DNA from: a virus
Length of the DNA: 12,991 nt
UHGV virus genome: UHGV-0043381
Direction: 5' to 3' (one strand)
The notes beneath the pieces are model-generated. The model saw only the letters and a list, made by a program, of their open reading frames with translations, made no database searches and was not told the origin of the DNA. This document shows, piece after piece, positions 8,135 through 12,991 of this stretch (positions are counted from its first letter, which is position 1; the number at the start of each line of letters is the position of its first letter). Both the position numbers and the translations under genes were made by a program.

Positions 8135-8518
8135 TTAATTAGAGTTATTAACAACGATATCCATCTCTAACCGGATATCTAATGCCATTAACATCCCTTC
8201 AATTATGCCCTCAGCCTTCTGTAACCTTTTCCCGATATAACCATCAGAGCAGCAATGCTTACCTGCCAGTGACATGAATGTCATACCGACTACATAATAA
8301 TCTACTAATAAATCGTGCAAATCGCTGTTGTTCTTTTTCAGACGGGCCATGCACCCGCAAATGATCATAGCGTCATCGTCACAACATTGCGGGCGAGATT
8401 TTACTTTTGAAGTAATTAATCCCTTAAAACCGGCGGCAATGGACGACCAGGTCACATCTTCATGATTATTAGCCGCCCACGCTCCCCAACGCTCAAGAAC
8501 CATCTGAATATCACGCAT
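8135..8518 (-). CDS. Q: Late-gene antiterminator Q (phage 21/82-type, DLP12 QuuD-like), 127 aa
   Basis: [62 protein letters not shown]... matches my recollection of QuuD, with Cys-rich zinc-binding region. ATG at 8518-8516 has GGAG 7 nt upstream; the ORF-track start at 8533 is a TTG extension that I reject. Confidence 0.85.
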   Translation of the reverse strand: MRDIQMVLERWGAWAANNHEDVTWSSIAAGFKGLITSKVKSRPQCCDDDAMIICGCMARLKKNNSDLHDLLVDYYVVGMTFMSLAGKHCCSDGYIGKRLQKAEGIIEGMLMALDIRLEMDIVVNNSN

Positions 8519-8603
8519 CAACTTACTCCACAAAAATCAGACCAGAACGCCAATTACAAGCAAAAATCAATAAAACAGTATTAGTTGATTGTTATCTCTG
8601 ACT

Positions 8604-8726
8604 TCATACTCCTGCTCCTGTCAGGGTTTTGGCGTAATTCCTCAGTATTCGGTAATCGGTCAAAACAGAACTGGGGAAACGATATAAGCGCAGGCGCATC
8701 CAGCGGTGGCGAAGAAGTTCTGCCAT
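8604..8726 (-). CDS. Small ORF (40 aa) between rusA and Q, in the position of DLP12 ylcG
   Basis: Hand translation of the minus strand from ATG 8726: MAELLRHRWMRLRLYRFPSSVLTDYRILRNYAKTLTGAGV, stop at 8606-8604. No convincing SD; homology not verified. Confidence 0.3.
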   Translation of the reverse strand: MAELLRHRWMRLRLYRFPSSVLTDYRILRNYAKTLTGAGV

Positions 8727-8740
8727 ATTAAACTCAAACA

Positions 8741-9103
8741 TCATTCATTCCCCATTTCGGTGATGGTCAGTTCCAGCCTCCCACCTTTGGTAACAGGCAT
8801 CTTCACAACGCGGTAATCAACGACCTGAGCATCATCCAGCCAGAAACCTGCTTTAGTGAGTGCGTCAAAAGCGGCTTTTTGCAGATTATCCAGGTCACGG
8901 CGACGGCGATCCGGCATGTGGCACTCAATGCGGATTTTCACAGGCATAGTCAGGCCGATATCCAGCATTGCGTTTTTAATGATTCGGGCGACGTTATCGC
9001 GGTATGCCTGCCCCTCTGCGCTGACGTGCGTGCGCCCGCGATTATGGCGGTAATAGCGATTATTACTCGGAGGCCAGGGTAATGTGATGCTGTAGGTATT
9101 CAC
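8741..9103 (-). CDS. rusA: Holliday junction resolvase RusA, 120 aa
   Basis: [51 protein letters not shown]...[44 protein letters not shown]... matches E. coli RusA; GTG start at 9103 preceded by aagg. Confidence 0.93.
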   Translation of the reverse strand: MNTYSITLPWPPSNNRYYRHNRGRTHVSAEGQAYRDNVARIIKNAMLDIGLTMPVKIRIECHMPDRRRRDLDNLQKAAFDALTKAGFWLDDAQVVDYRVVKMPVTKGGRLELTITEMGNE

Positions 9104-9132
9104 GCCTTAATAACCCCCTCTTTCAGCCAGAT
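9104..9132 (-). pseudogene. 3'-terminal remnant (about 10 codons, ...[10 protein letters not shown]-stop) of a ybcO-like nin-region gene, abutting the deletion joint
   Basis: The minus-strand frame ending at 9100 encodes ...[12 protein letters not shown], which matches my recollection of the YbcO C-terminus, and its stop overlaps the rusA start. Further upstream that frame is merely antisense to bet, so the 72-aa track ORF 9100..9318 is a chimera. Confidence 0.45.
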
Positions 9133-9666
9133 ATCATCAATGAAAACCAGCAGTTTGATGGCATGGACTTTGAGCAGGACAATGAATCCTGCACATGCCG
9201 GATTTACCGCAAAGACCGCAATCATCCGATCTGCGTTACCGAGTGGATGGATGAATGCCGCCGCGAACCATTCAAAACCCGCGAAGGCAGAGAAATCACG
9301 GGGCCGTGGCAGTCGCATCCCAAACGGATGTTACGGCATAAAGCCATGATTCAGTGTGCCCGTCTCGCCTTCGGATTTGCTGGTATCTATGACAAGGATG
9401 AAGCCGAGCGCATTGTCGAAAATACCGCATACACTGCAGAACGTCAGCCGGAACGCGACATCACTCCGGTTAACGATGAAACCATGCAGGAGATTAACAC
9501 TCTGCTGATTGCCCTGGATAAAACATGGGATGACGACTTATTGCCGCTCTGTTCCCAGATATTTCGCCGCGACATTCGCGCATCGTCAGAACTGACACAG
9601 GCCGAAGCAGTGAAAGCTCTTGGATTCCTGAAACAGAAAGCCACTGAGCAGAAGGTGGCTGCATGA
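9133..9666 (+). pseudogene. bet: Lambda Bet (Red-beta recombinase), 5'-truncated; roughly the N-terminal 85 codons missing
   Basis: From about 9133 the frame reads IINENQQFDGMDFEQDNESCTCRIYRKDRNHPICVTEWMDECRREPFKTREGREITGPW...KATEQKVAA, colinear with the C-terminal two thirds of lambda Bet (261 aa) as I recall it. Upstream of about 9130 similarity stops and the frame closes at TGA 9085-9087. No start or promoter context. Confidence 0.85.
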
Positions 9667-10343
9667 CACCGGACATTATCCTGCAGCGTACCGGAATCGA
9701 CGTGAGAGCTGTCGAACAGGGGGATGATGCGTGGCACAAATTACGGCTCGGCGTCATCACCGCTTCAGAAGTTCACAATGTGATAGCAAAACCCCGCTCC
9801 GGAAAAAAGTGGCCTGACATGAAAATGTCCTACTTCCACACCCTGCTGGCTGAGGTTTGCACCGGTGTGGCTCCGGAAGTTAATGCTAAGGCGCTGGCAT
9901 GGGGAAAACAGTACGAGAACGACGCCAGAACTCTGTTTGAATTCACTTCCGGCGTGAATGTTACTGAATCCCCGATCATCTATCGCGACGAAAGTATGCG
10001 TACCGCCTGCTCTCCCGATGGTTTATGCAGTGACGGCAATGGCCTTGAGCTGAAATGCCCGTTTACCTCCCGGGATTTCATGAAGTTCCGGCTCGGTGGT
10101 TTCGAGGCCATAAAGTCGGCTTACATGGCCCAGGTGCAGTACAGCATGTGGGTGACACGAAAAGATGCCTGGTACTTTGCCAACTATGACCCGCGTATGA
10201 AGCGTGAAGGCCTGCATTATGTCGTGGTTGAGCGGGATGAAAAGTACATGGCGAATTTTGACGAGATGGTGCCGGAGTTCATCGAAAAAATGGACGTGGC
10301 ACTGGCTGAAATTGGTTTTGTATTTGGGGAGCAATGGCGATGA
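9663..10343 (+). CDS. exo: Lambda exonuclease (Red-alpha, Exo), intact, 226 aa
   Basis: [94 protein letters not shown]... matches lambda Exo at full length; ATG overlaps the bet stop (ATGA). Confidence 0.93.
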   Translation: MTPDIILQRTGIDVRAVEQGDDAWHKLRLGVITASEVHNVIAKPRSGKKWPDMKMSYFHTLLAEVCTGVAPEVNAKALAWGKQYENDARTLFEFTSGVNVTESPIIYRDESMRTACSPDGLCSDGNGLELKCPFTSRDFMKFRLGGFEAIKSAYMAQVQYSMWVTRKDAWYFANYDPRMKREGLHYVVVERDEKYMANFDEMVPEFIEKMDVALAEIGFVFGEQWR

Positions 10344-10750
10344 CGCATCCTCACGATAATATCCGGGTAGGCGCGATCACTTTCATCTACTCCGTTACCG
10401 TCACCGAGGCGTTAGAACTTGATACTGCCAAGAATGGTTACATCCTCCTGGTTCAGGACGCAGAGCCAAACTTCGATATAAATGGCAACTCTCCGGTAAC
10501 TCCGGATGGTTGGGTTATAGTGCCGAAGAAACTAACCGCTGAGAACGGCGCTAAGGGTGTGCTATCCGGTGAATTTTCAGAAACTACGTTTATAAGCTGC
10601 CCGGAATGCTTTGGTGATGATGATTGCGAAACTTGTGACGGCAGCGGAAGAATCGAAATCAAGGTTCCAGTCAGTTGGACAACTATCAAAACTATTTGGG
10701 CTAAAGGGTGTGAGTACTTTTCAATAGTAGCACCGCAGCAAGATGGGTGA
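10334..10750 (+). CDS. Hypothetical protein, 138 aa, with C-terminal CxxC-x5-CxxCxGxG zinc-ribbon-like motif; translationally coupled to exo
   Basis: ATG at 10334 preceded by gggga and overlapping the exo 3' end by 10 nt. Motif ...[21 protein letters not shown]..., where CxxCxGxG is the DnaJ cysteine-rich repeat signature. The N-terminus [19 protein letters not shown] may resemble the start of a lambda exo-adjacent small ORF, but I cannot confirm it. Confidence 0.6.
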   Translation: MAMTHPHDNIRVGAITFIYSVTVTEALELDTAKNGYILLVQDAEPNFDINGNSPVTPDGWVIVPKKLTAENGAKGVLSGEFSETTFISCPECFGDDDCETCDGSGRIEIKVPVSWTTIKTIWAKGCEYFSIVAPQQDG

Positions 10751-10876
10751 TGAAAACAAGTATTTATAACTTAAAAGCATTAAAAAATCGCTTATAGATC
10801 AAAAGAAATCTACGTCAAATATTACTATATTTCAATGTGTTATAATTACCCCGTCCATAAAATGGGGGGACACAAA

Positions 10877-11119
10877 ATGTTCAAACGCTGCATCACCAAG
10901 TGTGGAAGCACACCTGACATCCAAGCTTTTATTAATGAAGATGGTAAGCTTGTTGTTGAGAGGAGTGGTCCTTTTATTAGCAAACAACTTATCATTACCT
11001 CTCCAGCGGAGATGGCCGGGGAATGGATAGTTTCTGAACCAGAGGAGTTGCACATCCCGCTTCCTTATGGCCCTCAGGGACTGATTTATAACCGTTATGT
11101 TCAGAAGGAGGCGGGTTGA
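10877..11119 (+). CDS. Hypothetical small protein, 80 aa from the SD-supported ATG (94 aa from ATG 10835)
   Basis: ORF-track frame 10835..11119. ATG at 10877 has gggggga 7 nt upstream; a perfect TATAAT at 10841-10846 in an AT-rich gap suggests its own promoter, in which case 10835 would be inside the leader. No family recognised (contains CITKC). Confidence 0.5.
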   Translation: MFKRCITKCGSTPDIQAFINEDGKLVVERSGPFISKQLIITSPAEMAGEWIVSEPEELHIPLPYGPQGLIYNRYVQKEAG

Positions 11120-11398
11120 CAATGTCAGGCATAACATCGCCGAGAAATCGAAAGAAAAACAGAACAAGGTAAACGTTGACCTTGCAGCATCAGGCATGGA
11201 GTACAGAGAGCGCCTTAACATACCTGTTATCACTGAGCAGGTATCATGAGAGCAACCTGAGCACTCACGCGAGTATTTCATGGAGCGCATCAGATACTAT
11301 CGCGAGCAGTCGTTAAACATGCCCAAGGGAAGCAACCCATGGTATATCGATATGGATGAACAGAACGCCAAGAAGTAAACGCAATTTGAACGAATGCG

Positions 11399-11426
11399 AA
11401 CCCGCCGAGTGCGGGTTTTCTTTTAT
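11399..11426 (+). terminator. Intrinsic terminator (7-bp stem aacccgc/gcgggtt, loop cgagt, T-run)
   Basis: Read directly at 11399-11417, followed by ttcttttatctg; about 20 nt after the stop of the small frame ending at 11378. Confidence 0.55.
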
Positions 11427-11624
11427 CTGAACTCGCTACGGCGAGTTTTGTTTTATGGCGATGATAAATGCACTTCCGAGTTACAGGTGAATAGAATGGA
11501 GAACCATTCAACAGAGTTATCGAAGCCGAGAACATCAGCGACTGCTATGACCACTGGATGCTGTGGGCGCAGATAGCACATGCAGACGTAACCAATATTC
11601 GAATTGAAGAACTGAAAGAACACC

Positions 11625-11652
11625 AAGCCGCCTGATGGCGGTTTTTTCTTGC
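11625..11652 (+). terminator. Intrinsic terminator 25 nt upstream of the xis start
   Basis: Stem aagccgcc (11625-11632) / ggcggttt (11637-11644) with one G-U pair, loop tgat, then a T-run tttttctt. Confidence 0.55.
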
Positions 11653-11674
11653 GTGTAATTGCGGAGACTTTGCG

Positions 11675-11893
11675 ATGTACTTGACACTTCAGGAGTGGAA
11701 CGCTCGCCAGCGACGCCCAAGAAGCCTTGAAACAGTTCGTCGATGGGTGCGCGAATGCAGGATATTCCCTCCTCCGGTTAAGGATGGAAGAGAATATCTG
11801 TTCCACGAATCAGCGGTAAAGGTTGACTTAAATCGACCAGTAACAGGTAGCCTTTTGAAGAGGATCAGAAATGGGAAGAAGGCGAAGTCATGA
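11675..11893 (+). CDS. xis: Excisionase Xis (lambda), 72 aa
   Basis: MYLTLQEWNARQRRPRSLETVRRWVRECRIFPPPVKDGREYLFHESAVKVDLNRPVTGSLLKRIRNGKKAKS is essentially lambda Xis; SD ggag 8 nt upstream; 3' end overlaps int as in lambda. Confidence 0.93.
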   Translation: MYLTLQEWNARQRRPRSLETVRRWVRECRIFPPPVKDGREYLFHESAVKVDLNRPVTGSLLKRIRNGKKAKS

Positions 11894-12941
11894 GCGCCGG
11901 GATTTACCCCCTAACCTTTATATAAGAAACAATGGATATTACTGCTACAGGGACCCAAGGACGGGTAAAGAGTTTGGATTAGGCCGAGACAGGCGAATCG
12001 CAATCACTGAAGCTATACAGGCCAACATTGAGTTATTTTCAGGACACAAACACAAGCCTCTGACAGCGAGAATCAACAGTGATAATTCCGTTACGTTACA
12101 TTCATGGCTTGATCGCTACGAAAAAATCCTGGCCAGCAGAGGAATCAAGCAGAAGACACTCATAAATTACATGAGCAAAATTAAAGCAATAAGGAGGGGT
12201 CTGCCTGATGCTCCACTTGAAGACATCACCACAAAAGAAATTGCGGCAATGCTCAATGGATACATAGACGAGGGCAAGGCGGCGTCAGCCAAGTTAATCA
12301 GATCAACACTGAGCGATGCATTCCGAGAGGCAATAGCTGAAGGCCATATAACAACAAACCCTGTCGCTGCCACTCGCGCAGCAAAATCAGAGGTAAGGAG
12401 ATCAAGACTTACGGCTGACGAATACCTGAAAATTTATCAAGCAGCAGAATCATCACCATGTTGGCTCAGACTTGCAATGGAACTGGCTGTTGTTACCGGG
12501 CAACGAGTTGGTGATTTATGCGAAATGAAGTGGTCTGATATCGTAGATGGATATCTTTATGTCGAGCAAAGCAAAACAGGCGTAAAAATTGCCATCCCAA
12601 CAGCATTGCATGTTGATGCCCTCGGAATATCAATGAAGGAAACACTTGATAAATGCAAAGAGATTCTTGGCGGAGAAACCATAATTGCATCTACTCGTCG
12701 CGAACCGCTTTCATCCGGCACAGTATCAAGGTATTTTATGCGCGCACGAAAAGCATCAGGTCTTTCCTTCGAAGGGGATCCGCCTACCTTTCACGAGTTG
12801 CGCAGTTTGTCTGCAAGACTCTATGAGAAGCAGATAAGCGATAAGTTTGCTCAACATCTTCTCGGGCATAAGTCGGACACCATGGCATCACAGTATCGTG
12901 ATGACAGAGGCAGGGAGTGGGACAAAATTGAAATCAAATAA
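11871..12941 (+). CDS. int: Tyrosine integrase Int (lambda), 356 aa
   Basis: MGRRRSHERRDLPPNLYIRNNGYYCYRDPRTGKEFGLGRDRRIAITEAIQANIELFSGHKHKPLTARINSDNS...HELRSLSARLYEKQISDKFAQHLLGHKSDTMASQYRDDRGREWDKIEIK matches lambda Int at full length, including the catalytic-region motifs. Confidence 0.95.
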   Translation: MGRRRSHERRDLPPNLYIRNNGYYCYRDPRTGKEFGLGRDRRIAITEAIQANIELFSGHKHKPLTARINSDNSVTLHSWLDRYEKILASRGIKQKTLINYMSKIKAIRRGLPDAPLEDITTKEIAAMLNGYIDEGKAASAKLIRSTLSDAFREAIAEGHITTNPVAATRAAKSEVRRSRLTADEYLKIYQAAESSPCWLRLAMELAVVTGQRVGDLCEMKWSDIVDGYLYVEQSKTGVKIAIPTALHVDALGISMKETLDKCKEILGGETIIASTRREPLSSGTVSRYFMRARKASGLSFEGDPPTFHELRSLSARLYEKQISDKFAQHLLGHKSDTMASQYRDDRGREWDKIEIK

Positions 12942-12991
12942 TGATTTTATTTTGACTGATAGTGACCTGTTCGTTGCAACAAATTGATAAG
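12942..12991. other. P' arm of a lambda-type attachment site (attP or prophage attL) with arm-type Int-binding sites; core lies just beyond the window
   Basis: aatgattttattttgactgatagtgacctgttcgttgcaacaaattgataag matches the lambda attP P' arm from memory. The reverse complement of 12953-12969 contains the arm-type motif AGGTCACTATCAGTCAA (P'2/P'3). The window ends before the core. Confidence 0.8.

Noticed and set aside
8519-8533. Track start positions for Q (8533), holin (6319), Rz (5577) and the YbcV-like ORF (3503)
   Set aside because: At Q, holin and Rz the track start is a TTG or GTG codon while a downstream ATG has a proper SD and matches the known protein N-terminus; at 3503 the upstream ATG lacks an SD while the ATG at 3518 has one. 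The internal ATGs (8518, 6274, 5565, 3518) were used instead.
9100-9318. 72-aa minus-strand ORF overlapping the rusA start
   Set aside because: Chimera: only its last 10 codons (ybcO-like C-terminus) are real coding sequence; the remainder is antisense to bet' across the deletion joint.
10023-11806. Antisense ORFs in the exo-xis region (10023..10334, 10453..10689, 10832..11290, 10846..11055, 11290..11535, 11394..11576, 11453..11806, 11535..11720)
   Set aside because: They overlap better-supported plus-strand genes or terminator hairpins, run against the established leftward-operon direction, and lack start signals.
12167-12690. Minus-strand ORFs inside int (12167..12373, 12493..12690) and antisense ORFs in bet/exo (9140..9349, 9444..9737, 9494..9760, 8856..9053, 8879..9082)
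   Set aside because: Shadow ORFs within full-length, well-recognised genes.
1-12991. CRISPR arrays, tRNA or rRNA genes, IS elements or transposase genes
   Set aside because: No array of regularly spaced direct repeats, no cloverleaf-capable conserved tRNA motifs and no transposase-like ORF were seen; in particular the porin gene is not IS-interrupted.

Overview
This window is almost entirely one defective, mosaic lambdoid prophage of the Escherichia/Shigella type; I see no rRNA, tRNA, CRISPR array or IS element. All identifications rest on my recollection of lambda, phage 21 and E. coli K-12 DLP12 protein and DNA sequences plus direct reading of the sequence; no database search was run. Left to right: a palindrome at the window edge; tfa (-); a terminase large subunit gene truncated after about codon 519 and fused to a short foreign 3' fragment (-); nu1 (-); an intact cos site (cosB R-sites, cosN 3014-3025); an AT-rich cos-proximal trio (77-aa ORF, DUF1398/YbcV-like, convergent Rha-family gene); a complete phage-21-type lysis cassette on the minus strand (dual-start pinholin, SAR endolysin, Rz with embedded Rz1); an intact nmpC-type porin on the opposite strand with an AT-rich upstream region; a hairpin cluster; the Q antiterminator (-); a 40-codon ORF; rusA (-); a second deletion joint where the last codons of a ybcO-like gene abut an internal point of lambda bet; bet' (5'-truncated) and intact exo (+); a non-lambda-length exo-xis interval with a 138-aa Cys-motif ORF, an 80-94-aa ORF, a frame interrupted by one TGA, and two intrinsic terminators; xis and int (+); and the P' arm of a lambda-type attachment site cut by the window end. 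The architecture resembles K-12 DLP12 (Q-nmpC-lysis-cos-nohD-terminase remnant-tfa) but carries lambda-type int/xis/exo/bet. The element should be unable to replicate, package or make virions, yet it keeps intact Q, lysis genes, rusA, exo, xis, int and the porin. The parts worth a second look are the two accessory intervals (exo-xis and Rz-cos), the antisense-embedded porin, and the two deletion joints.
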